From contig CAVSDR010000006.1 in NCBI GenBank assembly GCA_963726745.1, positions 512,001-576,000 of the forward strand: DNA of 64,000 nucleotides, written 5' to 3'. Below the pieces are notes generated by a model. That model was given only the letters and a program-made list of their open reading frames with translations, did not search any database and was not told where the DNA came from. The position numbers and the translations under genes are program-made. The stretch comes from an uncultured Verrucomicrobiae bacterium. GTDB lineage: Bacteria; Verrucomicrobiota; Verrucomicrobiia; Chthoniobacterales; UBA10450. Shown here piece by piece: positions 52,347 to 61,889 of this stretch; position 1 is the stretch's first letter; the number at the start of each line of letters is the position of its first letter.

Positions 52347-52434
52347 TGGCGGAGGGGGTGGGATTCGAACCCACGAGGGCTTGCGCCCTGCCGGTTTTCA
52401 AGACCGGAGCCATCAACCACTCGACCACCCCTCC
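52347..52434 (-). tRNA. tRNA-Ser (anticodon TGA), CCA encoded
   Basis: GGAGGGG acceptor, CCGGT-CTTGAAA-ACCGG anticodon arm, long variable arm GGGCGCAAGCCC, GGTTCGAATCC, ends GCCA. Confidence 0.96.
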
Positions 52435-52488
52435 AGCGCGGCTAGAGTCTGGCATCCGCGATTCAATCAGCAAGTCCTTGCCGCTCCC

Positions 52489-53277
52489 ATGAAGTTCGCC
52501 GTGGCCCAGATCTCCTGTGTGGTCGGCGAGGTGGCCGCGAACGTGGCCAAGTTTGCCGCGCTCGCGGCGCAAGCCAAAGCCGCCGGCGCGGAGTGGCTCC
52601 TTCTCCCGGAAATGGCCGACACGGGTTACGTCATGCGGGTTATCCGGGAACGCGCCCAACCCTGGACCAGCGGCGCGGTCCCGGAGCTGCAACGGCTCGC
52701 GCGCGAGCACTCGTTAGGCATCGTCGCCGGCGTTTCCGAGCGGACCGCGGAGGCAATCTATAACACCCAGGTGGCGATCGATCCGCAGGGCGAAATCCGG
52801 GGCCGCTACCGGAAGACCCATCTCTTCGCGCCACCGCCGATCGAGGAGCAGCGCTGCTTTGCCCCGGGCGGGGAACTGGTCGCGCTCGACGCCGGGCCGT
52901 TTCGCTTCGGCCTCGGGATTTGCTACGACCTGCGCTTCCCGGAATTCCATCGCACCCTCGCCTGCGTGCACGGGGCCAATGTGCTGCTTGTTTCCTCGGC
53001 CTGGCCGTTCCCGCGGGTGGAACATCTGCGCACGCTCGCGACCGCGCGCGCGATCGAAAATCAATCCTACGTCTTGCTGTCTAATCGCGTGGGCACAGAC
53101 GACGGCGTGACCTTTTGCGGCAGCTCCGCGATCATCGATCCCGCGGGCACACTCGTGGCCGCGGCTTCGCCCGAGCGCGAGGAGCTGCTCGTGGCCACGC
53201 TTTCCGCGGAACGAAGTGCGCAGGTGCGCGCGGCCATGCCCGTCTTCGAGCATCGCCGGCCAGAGCTCTACCGCTAG
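52489..53277 (+). CDS. Carbon-nitrogen hydrolase (nitrilase/omega-amidase family)
   Basis: LPEM, YRKTHLF, ICYDLRFPE (E-K-C triad), ARAIENQ. Confidence 0.9.
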   Translation: MKFAVAQISCVVGEVAANVAKFAALAAQAKAAGAEWLLLPEMADTGYVMRVIRERAQPWTSGAVPELQRLAREHSLGIVAGVSERTAEAIYNTQVAIDPQGEIRGRYRKTHLFAPPPIEEQRCFAPGGELVALDAGPFRFGLGICYDLRFPEFHRTLACVHGANVLLVSSAWPFPRVEHLRTLATARAIENQSYVLLSNRVGTDDGVTFCGSSAIIDPAGTLVAAASPEREELLVATLSAERSAQVRAAMPVFEHRRPELYR

Positions 53278-53286
53278 CGGCCTGGG

Positions 53287-53433
53287 CTAGTAGCGCGTGC
53301 CGCGGGTGTGCCCGGTCGGGTCGTAGCCCGAATGCTGGGCCGCCATTTGCGACTCGGTGTAATGACCGCCATCGGCGCATCCGCCCAAGCCCAGCGCCAG
53401 CCCGACCAACAGAAGCAACGCGAAGAATTTCAT
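53287..53433 (-). CDS. Small lipoprotein, 48 aa
   Basis: MKFFALLLLVGLALGLGGC lipobox. Confidence 0.65.
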   Translation of the reverse strand: MKFFALLLLVGLALGLGGCADGGHYTESQMAAQHSGYDPTGHTRGTRY

Positions 53434-53485
53434 CCCGCCACTTTCTCGCGCCGCCTCCGTTTGTCCAACGGCGGAAAGGCCCGCG

Positions 53486-53917
53486 CTATTCGAAGAGGTC
53501 GCCCGGCAAATGATATTTCTCCTGCCAGACCTGAATCTCGGTGTCGGTCCCACCGAAGCGCCAGTGCACTACTTCCCACTCGCCTCCGCGCCGGCGCAGG
53601 AGCGCCTCGCCGCCGGCGTCGAACATTCCTTCGCGCTGCGCCTCGGCATACCGGGTTTTGCTGTAATCGATCTTGCTGCCATCGGGACGTTGCGGTTCCA
53701 CCCGGGCAAAGGCCCACGAGCCGGAGACGCGCAGCTGTCCGACGACAAAAGCGACCGGCTGGCCTAGATCTTTTTCCGCGGGGATGCGGAGCGCATCCAT
53801 GATCTCCTTCCGTTCGGCGCTGCCGGGTGGCGGCGTGCGCGTCTCGCCGGCAAAAACTCCCATCGTGCCCGCGCCGAGTAGCGCCAACAGCAGACCAAAC
53901 TTTTTCGTTATGCTCAT
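53486..53917 (-). CDS. Secreted hypothetical protein
   Basis: Signal peptide; TPPPGSAERKEIMDALR...LRVSGSWAF; ATG overlaps the upstream TGA. Confidence 0.75.
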   Translation of the reverse strand: MSITKKFGLLLALLGAGTMGVFAGETRTPPPGSAERKEIMDALRIPAEKDLGQPVAFVVGQLRVSGSWAFARVEPQRPDGSKIDYSKTRYAEAQREGMFDAGGEALLRRRGGEWEVVHWRFGGTDTEIQVWQEKYHLPGDLFE

Positions 53918-55167
53918 TCTTCCTTTAAGTAAGCGATCGGCATGATGCCGTCTTTCCGGGCTTCGTCGAGATCGATGATCTGAAACTCCGGGCTGTCCTC
54001 CTCCTCGAACTTGGCGGCGTTAGCCTGCAAATTGGCCGTGCCCGCGACGACCGCGGCGGCAAAGGTTTTCCAGGAATCGCTCGCGGCGATTTTCGGGCCG
54101 AGCTTCTTCTCGAGGTTGCGCAAGCCTTCGGGTAATTGCGCGGCGCTCTTCTCCGGCTTCGAGCCGAGGAGCGTGGTCTCGAGCGCGATTCGATCCTCCC
54201 CTTCCCCGTCGAGGTAAAAGCCCATGAACATGTGGCCTGGGACGATCACGAGAAAGGGCCGCATCCCGAGCTTCCGCAGAAGCGAGGCAAAAAGCACGCT
54301 GCCATCCACGCAATTCGCCTGCTCGTTGGCGACCGATTCGTCGACAAAACGCACATGCTGGCTCAGGACCGTCTCGGACGTCCCCGCGGTGGTGGTGATG
54401 TTGCTGTATTTGATCCCGCGTTTTTGCAGCGCCGTCCAAAGCGCCAGCACTTCGCGCACGACATCCTCCTGCCCGCCTTGATAGCCGGCGAAATGATCGA
54501 CCACTCCGGTGCGCAGCCCTTCCTTAAGCACCTGCTCGACGATTGGGCCGTTCTCGTTCACGTAGGCGGCGAACATCCAGCCCATGTCGGTATAGCCGGC
54601 ATCTTCTCCGCTCGGCGGCTCCTCCGAGGCTTTCCCCAGGCTCCCAGCGGCCGGCTCGTCGCGGATCGACTGCTCCTTGTCGGCCACGCCGAAGGGACAA
54701 TCATTGATCGTCCGCAAAGTCACCGTCTGCGTCTGTTCGCCCACGATTTTGCCAGCTACTTCCAAGCGAAAAGTCACGTTCAATGGGACCTGCTGGCGCA
54801 CCCGGCGGAGGGCGTCGAACTTGTAGTTAATCGTCGGCGCGACCCAGTATTCCACCTCCGCCTGGTCGAGCACACCGGACCAGCTGCTCTGGTTCATCAC
54901 GCTGTTTTCCAGCAGCGTCACCTTCACCGCCGTTTTCGGCGCGGGCGAGGTGATGGAAATGCCGACCGCGCCGTAGGCGTCGCCGAGAACTTCGGGATCG
55001 TTCTCCTCATCCGCCCCGGGCCGCACGGTCGCGGTTGCCAGCAGGAGCGAAGGAAAAAGCTGCGAATCCATGTTCGCATCGGGGTGCCACGAAAGCTCCG
55101 CGGCCGGCAGGGAAAGCGCGCTTGCGACCCAAGCGCAGGCAAGCAGGAAGGAGAGGTTTGGCTTCAT
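53914..55167 (-). CDS. Secreted transglutaminase-like (papain-fold) protein
   Basis: Signal peptide; ANCVDGSVLFASLL, PGHMFMG, ALETT (putative C-H-E triad). Confidence 0.7.
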   Translation of the reverse strand: MKPNLSFLLACAWVASALSLPAAELSWHPDANMDSQLFPSLLLATATVRPGADEENDPEVLGDAYGAVGISITSPAPKTAVKVTLLENSVMNQSSWSGVLDQAEVEYWVAPTINYKFDALRRVRQQVPLNVTFRLEVAGKIVGEQTQTVTLRTINDCPFGVADKEQSIRDEPAAGSLGKASEEPPSGEDAGYTDMGWMFAAYVNENGPIVEQVLKEGLRTGVVDHFAGYQGGQEDVVREVLALWTALQKRGIKYSNITTTAGTSETVLSQHVRFVDESVANEQANCVDGSVLFASLLRKLGMRPFLVIVPGHMFMGFYLDGEGEDRIALETTLLGSKPEKSAAQLPEGLRNLEKKLGPKIAASDSWKTFAAAVVAGTANLQANAAKFEEEDSPEFQIIDLDEARKDGIMPIAYLKEE

Positions 55168-55326
55168 CGGAAAGTCGGGAAGCATTCAGCAATCCGCGCA
55201 CCGGCGCGACCCGGAAATTTTCGATGCTCTCGTCCAGCGAGGACAAGGAATTCGCTTTCGGAAAAAGGTCACGTCCACGCGCGCGGCGAAAACGAATTGC
55301 TGCGGAAACATCATCGTTCCCCTCCC

Positions 55327-58161
55327 GTGAATCCAGCCGAATCCACCATTTCGCCGCCTTCGCTCGAGGAGAGTTTGCAGGAGAGCGAGGAACGCCTGCG
55401 CGCGGCATTTAGTCAATCCGTCACCGGGATGGTGATCACCGATCTGCATGGCGTGATCCAGCGGGCAAATGACGCCTTTTGCCGCATCGTTGACCGCCCG
55501 CGGGAAGAGTTGCTCGGGCGCACCTCGGATCACATGACCCCGCCGGACGACCAGAAAAATAACGTCACCGCCATCCGGGAATTGCGCGACGGACTGGTCA
55601 AGAGCGCCATCTTCCACAAGCGCTACCTCCGTCCCTCCGGCGAGGAAGTCTGCACGCGGATCAATCTCTCGCTCGTCCGCAACGCCGCCGGCACGCCGGT
55701 CAATCTCATGGCCACGGTCGAGGATGTGACCGCGCAGCGCCGCGTCCAGGCTGCCCTGGAAGAACGCGAGGAACGCCTGCGCCTCATCTTCGACAGCATC
55801 ACCGACTACGCCATCATCACGATCGATCCCGCCGGGGCGGTGATCGATTGGAATCCTGGAGCGCAGGAAATTTTCGGCTATCGCGCCGAGGAAATCATCG
55901 GGCAGCCATGGGAGGTGCTGTGGACATCGGAAGATCGCGCTGCGAAAGAGCCGGCCAAAGTCCAGACCGCGGCCTTGGCCTCGGGCCGCGCGCATAACGA
56001 GCGCTGGCACCTGCGGAAAGATGGCGGGCGCTTTTTTGCCAGCGGGATGCTGCGCCCGATTCGCACGAGCAATGGAGAGCTCCGCGGCTTTACCAAGATC
56101 TGTCGCGACGTGACGGCGCAACGCCAGGCCGAGAGCGAACTCGCGCAGGCGCGTCTGCAGGCCGAGCGCGCGCTCGAGGAGGAGCGCGCGCGCCTCGCGG
56201 AAGTTTTCCAGCATTCGCCCTCCTTCCTCGCGATTTCACGCGGGCCGGAGCACGTCTTCGAATTTGCGAACGAGCGGTATCTCGAGATCAGCGGACATCG
56301 CGACATCCTCCAGAAAACTGCGCGCGAAGCCTTCCCGGAGATCCAAGGCCAGGGCTTTTTCGAAATCCTCGATCGGGTCTACCAGACGGGCGAACCCTTC
56401 GAAGGCAAGGAGATGAGCGTCTACCTGCAACGGCAACCAGGGCAGCCGCCGGAGGAATGCTTCATCGACCTGGTTTACATGCCGATGCGCGATGCCACCG
56501 GCGCGGTCACCGGCATTTTCACTCACGGGATCGACATCACCGCGCGCAAGCTGGCCGAGGAGTCGCTCGAGCAACAGGCGCGCACCTTCGATGTCCTCCT
56601 GTCGTCCATCCAGGATTACGTCTTCCTTTTCGATCGCGAGGGCCGCTTCACCTACGCGAATAAAATGCTGCTCGATCTGTGGGGCGTCCCGGCCTCGCGC
56701 CTGCCCTTGTCGATGCTCGAGGATCTGCACTACGACCCCGAGCTCGAGCAATTTCTCATGAGCGATCTGCGCGCGGTCTTCCAGACGGCGCGACCGGTCA
56801 TGCGGGAAGTCCCTTACGTGAGCCCCACCGGCATCTCCGGGCACTACGAGTATATCCTCGCACCGGTGCTCAGCCCGGCCGGCGAAGTGCTGAGCGTCGC
56901 CGGCACCAGCCGCAACATCTCCGAGCGCAAGCGCGTGGAGCTGGAGCGCGAGCAGCTCCTCGCGAGCGAACGCGCCGCCCGCACTGAGGCCGAGCGCGCG
57001 AGCCAGATGAAGGACGATTTCCTCGCCACCCTCAGCCATGAGCTTCGCACGCCGCTCAACGCCATCCTGGGCTGGGCCAATCTCCTCGGGGCCGATGCCA
57101 ACCCGGCCGATGTGCGCGAAGGCGTGCAGGTGATCGAGCGGAACGCCCGCGCCCAGGCGCGCATCATTGACGACCTCCTCGACATGAGCCGGATCATGTC
57201 GGGTAAGATCCGCCTCGACGTGCAGCGCACCGATCTCGCGGCGGTCATTGAGTCCGCCCTCGAGACCGTGCGACCGGCGGCGCTCGCGAAAAAAATTCGC
57301 CTCCAGAGCATCCTCGATCCGCTGGCCCAGCCGGTCACTGGCGACCCGAGCCGGCTGCAGCAGGTCTTTTGGAATTTACTCAGCAACGCGGTCAAATTCA
57401 CCCCCGCCGGTGGGCGCGTGCAGGTGCTGCTCGAGCGGGTGAACTCCCACCTCGAAGTCAGCGTGGTCGACACCGGGGAAGGAATCTCCGCGCAATTCCT
57501 CCCGCATGTGTTCGATCGCTTCCGCCAGGCCGATGGCTCGACCACCCGCGCACACGGCGGCCTTGGCCTGGGCCTCGCGATTGTGAAGCAGCTCGTGGAA
57601 CTCCATGGCGGCAGCGTTTCCGTGCGCAGCGGCGGGCGCGACTGCGGCTCCACCTTTACCGTTTCGCTCCCGCTCGGCGCGGTGCGGCCGGAAGACCACG
57701 GCCCGCCCGAGCGCCGGCACCCACGCTCACCCGATGTCGTCCCGGTCGAGGCCGTGGCCGGGATCGATTTAGCCGGCATCATCGTCCTGATCGTGGACGA
57801 TGAAGCGGACGCCCGCTCCGTGGTCGCCCGCAGCCTGGAGAACGCCGGTGCCACCGTCCACGCGGCCCCGTCCGCGGCCGAGGCGCTGGCTCTTTTGGAG
57901 CGGGAACGGCCGCATGTCTTGATCAGCGACATCGGGATGCCGGGCGAAGATGGCTATGCCCTTATCCGAAGCGTCCGCTCGTTAGGCGCGGAACAGGGCG
58001 GCCACGTCCCCGCGATCGCGCTCACCGCTTATGCCCGCACCGAGGATCGGATGAAAGCCATCCTGGCCGGCTTCCAGATGCACGTGGCCAAGCCGGTCGA
58101 GATCGCGGAACTCCTCGCGATGGTCGCGAGCCTCGCGGGTCGCACCGGCCCCACGAGCTAG
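55327..58161 (+). CDS. Hybrid multi-PAS sensor histidine kinase / response regulator
   Basis: Four PAS/PAC segments, LSHELRTPLNAI, NLLSNAVKFT, DTGEG, GGLGLGL, receiver VDD...SDIGMP...KP; no TM segments. Confidence 0.92.
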   Translation: MNPAESTISPPSLEESLQESEERLRAAFSQSVTGMVITDLHGVIQRANDAFCRIVDRPREELLGRTSDHMTPPDDQKNNVTAIRELRDGLVKSAIFHKRYLRPSGEEVCTRINLSLVRNAAGTPVNLMATVEDVTAQRRVQAALEEREERLRLIFDSITDYAIITIDPAGAVIDWNPGAQEIFGYRAEEIIGQPWEVLWTSEDRAAKEPAKVQTAALASGRAHNERWHLRKDGGRFFASGMLRPIRTSNGELRGFTKICRDVTAQRQAESELAQARLQAERALEEERARLAEVFQHSPSFLAISRGPEHVFEFANERYLEISGHRDILQKTAREAFPEIQGQGFFEILDRVYQTGEPFEGKEMSVYLQRQPGQPPEECFIDLVYMPMRDATGAVTGIFTHGIDITARKLAEESLEQQARTFDVLLSSIQDYVFLFDREGRFTYANKMLLDLWGVPASRLPLSMLEDLHYDPELEQFLMSDLRAVFQTARPVMREVPYVSPTGISGHYEYILAPVLSPAGEVLSVAGTSRNISERKRVELEREQLLASERAARTEAERASQMKDDFLATLSHELRTPLNAILGWANLLGADANPADVREGVQVIERNARAQARIIDDLLDMSRIMSGKIRLDVQRTDLAAVIESALETVRPAALAKKIRLQSILDPLAQPVTGDPSRLQQVFWNLLSNAVKFTPAGGRVQVLLERVNSHLEVSVVDTGEGISAQFLPHVFDRFRQADGSTTRAHGGLGLGLAIVKQLVELHGGSVSVRSGGRDCGSTFTVSLPLGAVRPEDHGPPERRHPRSPDVVPVEAVAGIDLAGIIVLIVDDEADARSVVARSLENAGATVHAAPSAAEALALLERERPHVLISDIGMPGEDGYALIRSVRSLGAEQGGHVPAIALTAYARTEDRMKAILAGFQMHVAKPVEIAELLAMVASLAGRTGPTS

Positions 58162-58215
58162 CGCGCGCTTCCACCTTTCTCCGCCCAAGCGCCCATTCCC
58201 GGCGTATAGTGAGAG

Positions 58216-58491
58216 ATGAACTCTGCGCCTCCTGCCTATTCCCCGCCTGTGGTTACCGAAGCGGTCGCCTATCGGCGCGCCCACGCCGGCAAGCTCATGG
58301 TCATCCAGCGCGCCGAGGGGCGGGACCTGGTCGCAGCCGACTTTTTCCAGTTCGACTCCGTCGGCACTCACCCGACTGGCCTCTTCGTGACCGGCCTCTT
58401 CGGCGATGCGAAACTCCGGCACATGCTCTCCTCCACCGTGCGGCCCGCCTCCAACGACGAGATCGCCTGGCATAGCCAACAGGCTGGCTAA
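58216..58491 (+). CDS. Hypothetical protein, possibly leaderless
   Basis: 91-aa ORF filling the gap; TATAGT at 58205-58210, 5 nt before the ATG. Confidence 0.55.
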   Translation: MNSAPPAYSPPVVTEAVAYRRAHAGKLMVIQRAEGRDLVAADFFQFDSVGTHPTGLFVTGLFGDAKLRHMLSSTVRPASNDEIAWHSQQAG

Positions 58492-58503
58492 ATTTTAGCC
58501 AGC
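58483..58503. repeat. Perfect inverted pair of the WTTAGCCRGC motif
   Basis: GCTGGCTAAA-T-TTTAGCCAGC, overlapping the stop codon of 58216..58491. Confidence 0.85.
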
Positions 58504-58561
58504 GACTTCAGCCGCAAGCTGCCCGCGGCGTTTGGTCGTGGGAAGCTGGGGTCCGCTCCGC

Positions 58562-58951
58562 ATGCCCTGTCCCGACCCTGCCATCTGCCCGCTCTGCGGC
58601 GCGCCTAACGAGTGCCGGCTCGCCGCCGACCCGGGCGCAGCGATTGCCACCTGCTGGTGCGCCCGCGAAGATTTTCCCCCGTCGCTCCTGGAGCGCGCGG
58701 GGCAAAAAGAGTCGGCCGGCTGCATTTGTCGCCGCTGTCTCGTCCAAGCGCGTTTCGCGGAAGCGCGCACGCGCCCCGCGCCGCCGCTGCAGGCGGGCGA
58801 TGCCTACCTCGAGGGCGGCTTGCTTGTCTTCACGGCACAAGGTCACCGGCGTCGCGGCTATTGCTGCGGGAGCGGCTGCCGGCATTGCCCCTTCGATGCG
58901 CTGGAGCGCTCGGTCGCGGGCGCTCCGCCGCGACGCCCGGCTTCTCGCTAA
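58562..58951 (+). CDS. Cysteine-rich CWC-family domain fused to DUF5522-like domain
   Basis: CPLCGAPNEC...CWC...CICRRC, then YLEGGLLVFT...RRGYCCGSGCRHCPF. Confidence 0.8.
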   Translation: MPCPDPAICPLCGAPNECRLAADPGAAIATCWCAREDFPPSLLERAGQKESAGCICRRCLVQARFAEARTRPAPPLQAGDAYLEGGLLVFTAQGHRRRGYCCGSGCRHCPFDALERSVAGAPPRRPASR

Positions 58952-60393
58952 AGCGGATACGGCAAGGTCGCTCCGAGCACGGTCACCAGCACGAGAACCA
59001 CCGGCACGAGCACGAGGAAAACGATGAAGGTGTAGCCCATGACATCGCGCGCCCGCAATCCAAAGAGCCCCAGGATTGGCAGCATCCAGAAGGGCTGGAT
59101 TAAATTAGCCAGCGCCTCGCCCAGATCATAAGCCGCCACCACCCAGCCGAGGTGGACTTTTAATTCATGCGCCGCCGCCATCACATACGGCGCTTCCACG
59201 ACCCACTTCGAGCCGCCGGAAGGCACAAAGACTCCCAGCACCGCCGAGTAGGTGGCCACGATCGCCGGGAACGTTTTCGCATTCGAGACGCCGACAAAAG
59301 CGTGCGCAATCTGCTGGCTAAGATGCGTGGAGGTGATCACGCCTGCGATCCCGGCGTAGAACGGAAACTGCAGGATCACACCCCAGACCGCCGGCGTAGC
59401 CGCTTGCACCGCATGCATCAGCCGCGCCGGCGTGCGGTGCAGGAGGAAGCCTAACAAGAGGAAGGTGAGGTTCACGATGTTAAGCGTGATCGCGCTCAAA
59501 GGTTCGCCCGCCTGGAGGAAATAGCGCACGAGATAAGTCGCTCCCAGGAGCACGATCAGCCAGTTCAGAATCGGCGAATGCTCCAGCCACTGGCCCGGCG
59601 TCGGTCGCGCCACCGGCGCCGGCGGTTCCAGCTCCGACTTCCGGAGATCGATCCCAAGATCGCGCGCAGTTTTGCCGCTTCCGGCAGGCGGAGTAACCAG
59701 CCACATGACCGCGGTCACAAGCGCGATTTCCACCACTACTGAGGCCAGGCTTTGCCAGAGAAAAATCGTGTGCTGGAAGGAAATGATCCCGCCGGGAACG
59801 ATCCCGCCCTGGGCCACGATCTCGCGGATCTGCGGTTGCAGCGCACCCGGCGTGGCCATCTGCAGCGCGGCCGAGCCGCTCAAGCCTTGCGCCCAGATGC
59901 TCCCCAGCCCGAGGAAGCTGGCCGCGGCCAGCGCGCGGTAGTCGACCCCTTCCACCCGTCGCGCGATCTCCCGCGCCAGCACCGCGCTGAAGATTAAACT
60001 AAAGCCCCAGTTGAACCACGAGCTTGCCATGGCGAAAAACGCCACCAGCGCGACCGCCCCGCGCGGCGTCGCCGGCCAGGAAGCAAGCGCGCGGATCACC
60101 CGACCGACTGGCGCCGAGGTCGCGAGCACGTGGCCGGTGATAATAACCAGCGACATCTGGAGCGTGAAGGGAATCAATTCCCACAAGCCTTTCCCCCAGG
60201 CGTCCACCACCTCGGGGAAAGTCGAAGGCGTCAACGCAACTCCCGCCACCACCACGATGACCGTCGCCAGGAGCGCAAAGATGAATGCATCTGGCACCCA
60301 GCGCTCGGTCCACGCGGTCATCGCCAGGGCCAGGCGCGCGAGGAGGCCCAGCGGGTTCGCGGGGCTTTTCTCTGCGCCGGCCACGGAGCTCAT
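58948..60393 (-). CDS. atoE: Short-chain fatty acid transporter (AtoE family)
   Basis: ERWVPDAFIFA, QMSLVIITGH, NWG, QFPFYAGI, FVPSGGSKW, NLIQPFW. Confidence 0.88.
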   Translation of the reverse strand: MSSVAGAEKSPANPLGLLARLALAMTAWTERWVPDAFIFALLATVIVVVAGVALTPSTFPEVVDAWGKGLWELIPFTLQMSLVIITGHVLATSAPVGRVIRALASWPATPRGAVALVAFFAMASSWFNWGFSLIFSAVLAREIARRVEGVDYRALAAASFLGLGSIWAQGLSGSAALQMATPGALQPQIREIVAQGGIVPGGIISFQHTIFLWQSLASVVVEIALVTAVMWLVTPPAGSGKTARDLGIDLRKSELEPPAPVARPTPGQWLEHSPILNWLIVLLGATYLVRYFLQAGEPLSAITLNIVNLTFLLLGFLLHRTPARLMHAVQAATPAVWGVILQFPFYAGIAGVITSTHLSQQIAHAFVGVSNAKTFPAIVATYSAVLGVFVPSGGSKWVVEAPYVMAAAHELKVHLGWVVAAYDLGEALANLIQPFWMLPILGLFGLRARDVMGYTFIVFLVLVPVVLVLVTVLGATLPYPL

Positions 60394-60414
60394 GCTGCGG
60401 TCGAAAACGAAGCG

Positions 60415-60540
60415 CTACTGAAAAAGAGCCGGCAACTTGAGCACGGTATTATAGACGCCCCACGCGAGTGGGATTCCCACCACCGTCCAGGAAAGCAGGA
60501 GCATGAGGCCGTTGCCGGATGAAGTCCCTGTCTCGTTCAT
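60415..60540 (-). CDS. Small single-TM protein accompanying the OFA-family MFS transporter, 41 aa
   Basis: Hand translation MNETGTSSGNGLMLLLSWTVVGIPLAWGVYNTVLKLPALFQ; ATGA overlap with the MFS stop; not in the ORF track. Confidence 0.8.
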   Translation of the reverse strand: MNETGTSSGNGLMLLLSWTVVGIPLAWGVYNTVLKLPALFQ

Positions 60541-61889
60541 GAATGCTTCGCTCCCTGGAAATGGTGACGCTCATCCACTGGCCGCACCAGCAAATTGCAG
60601 ATCAAGCCGATGACCAGCAACCCCGCCATGAGATACATCGTCGGCGCGTAGAGGCCCACGCCGCTGGCGCCGCGGGCCTTCAGGTATTCGCGAATGTAAT
60701 TCACCAGCACCGGACCGAGCACCCCTGCGGCCGACCAGGCAGTGAGTAAACGTCCATGGATCGCGCCCACCTGCATGACACCGAACAAGTCTTTCAAGTA
60801 GGCCGGCACGGTGGCAAAGCCGCCGCCATACATGCTGATAATGACCGCGCAGACGGCGACAAAGAAAACCACATGCCCGCTCCGGCCAGCCAGCGGGATC
60901 AGGCAGTAAAGGATCGCGCCTAACAAGAGGTAGATCACGTAGACCGTCTTCCGCCCGAGGTAATCGCTTAGGGAAGACCAGATGAAACGCCCGGCCATGT
61001 TGAAAAGGCTCAGGAGCGCGACAAACCCACCCGCCGCCGCCGCCATTACCTTGCCCGGAAACATCTCCTGAATCATCGGTGAAGCCTGCTCGAGAATGCC
61101 GATGCCGGCGGTGACGTTGAAGCAAAGCACCACCCAAAGCAGCCAGAACTGCGGCGTGCGCACCGCCTGGCTCACGAGGACATTCGCGGTTGTGATCATC
61201 CGCCGCGGCTGCGTCGGCGCGACATAGCCTTCCGGCTTCCAGCCTTCCGCCGGCACGCGGATAATGAAGGAACCAAAGAGCATGTAGCAGAAGTAGATCA
61301 CGCCGAGCGCGAGGAAGCTCTCGGCCACGCCGGTGCTGGTCGCGGACTTAAAGGTATTCATCAGGAGCAGGCTAAGGTTCGACCCGATAAAAGCGCCCCC
61401 GCCGAAGCCCATGATCGCCATGCCCGTGGCCATCCCCGGCCGGTCCGGGAACCATTTCACCAGGGTCGAGACCGGCGAAATATATCCCAGTCCCAGCCCG
61501 CAACCGCCGAGCACTCCGTAGCCGAGATAGATCACCCAGAGCTGGTGCCACCAAACGCCGAAAGCGGAAATGACGAAGCCGCCGCCAAAACAACACGCCG
61601 CCGCCAGCATGGTTTTCCGCGGGCCCACGCGTTCAACCCACGTCCCAAAAACCGCCGCGGACGCACCCAGGAAAAGAATCGCGATGCTAAAGATCCAGGC
61701 GAGCTGCGGCTGCGTCCAATCGCCCGCGGCCGGCGCAGTGATCCCGAGGATGCGCGTCAGCGGGAGCTTGAAAACACTGAAGGCGTAGACCTGCCCGATG
61801 GAGAGATGGACCGCGAGCGCTGCCGGCGGGACCAGCCAGCGAGTGAACCCCGGCCTGGCTACGGTGTGTTCCCGGTCGAAAAAGCTCAT
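60537..61889 (-). CDS. OFA (oxalate/formate antiporter) family MFS transporter
   Basis: HLSIGQVYAFSVF, GYISPVSTLVKWFPDRPGMATG, YGGGFATVPAY, IHGRLLTAWS. Confidence 0.9.
   Translation of the reverse strand: MSFFDREHTVARPGFTRWLVPPAALAVHLSIGQVYAFSVFKLPLTRILGITAPAAGDWTQPQLAWIFSIAILFLGASAAVFGTWVERVGPRKTMLAAACCFGGGFVISAFGVWWHQLWVIYLGYGVLGGCGLGLGYISPVSTLVKWFPDRPGMATGMAIMGFGGGAFIGSNLSLLLMNTFKSATSTGVAESFLALGVIYFCYMLFGSFIIRVPAEGWKPEGYVAPTQPRRMITTANVLVSQAVRTPQFWLLWVVLCFNVTAGIGILEQASPMIQEMFPGKVMAAAAGGFVALLSLFNMAGRFIWSSLSDYLGRKTVYVIYLLLGAILYCLIPLAGRSGHVVFFVAVCAVIISMYGGGFATVPAYLKDLFGVMQVGAIHGRLLTAWSAAGVLGPVLVNYIREYLKARGASGVGLYAPTMYLMAGLLVIGLICNLLVRPVDERHHFQGAKHS

Noticed and set aside
45275..52434. Integrative element at tRNA-Pro or tRNA-Ser
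   Set aside because: No integrase and no duplicated tRNA 3' end seen; flanking genes are housekeeping.
54136..55326. N-terminal 397 aa of the 1341-aa kinase ORF
   Set aside because: Antisense shadow of the transglutaminase-like gene; the PAS region begins near GTG 55327.
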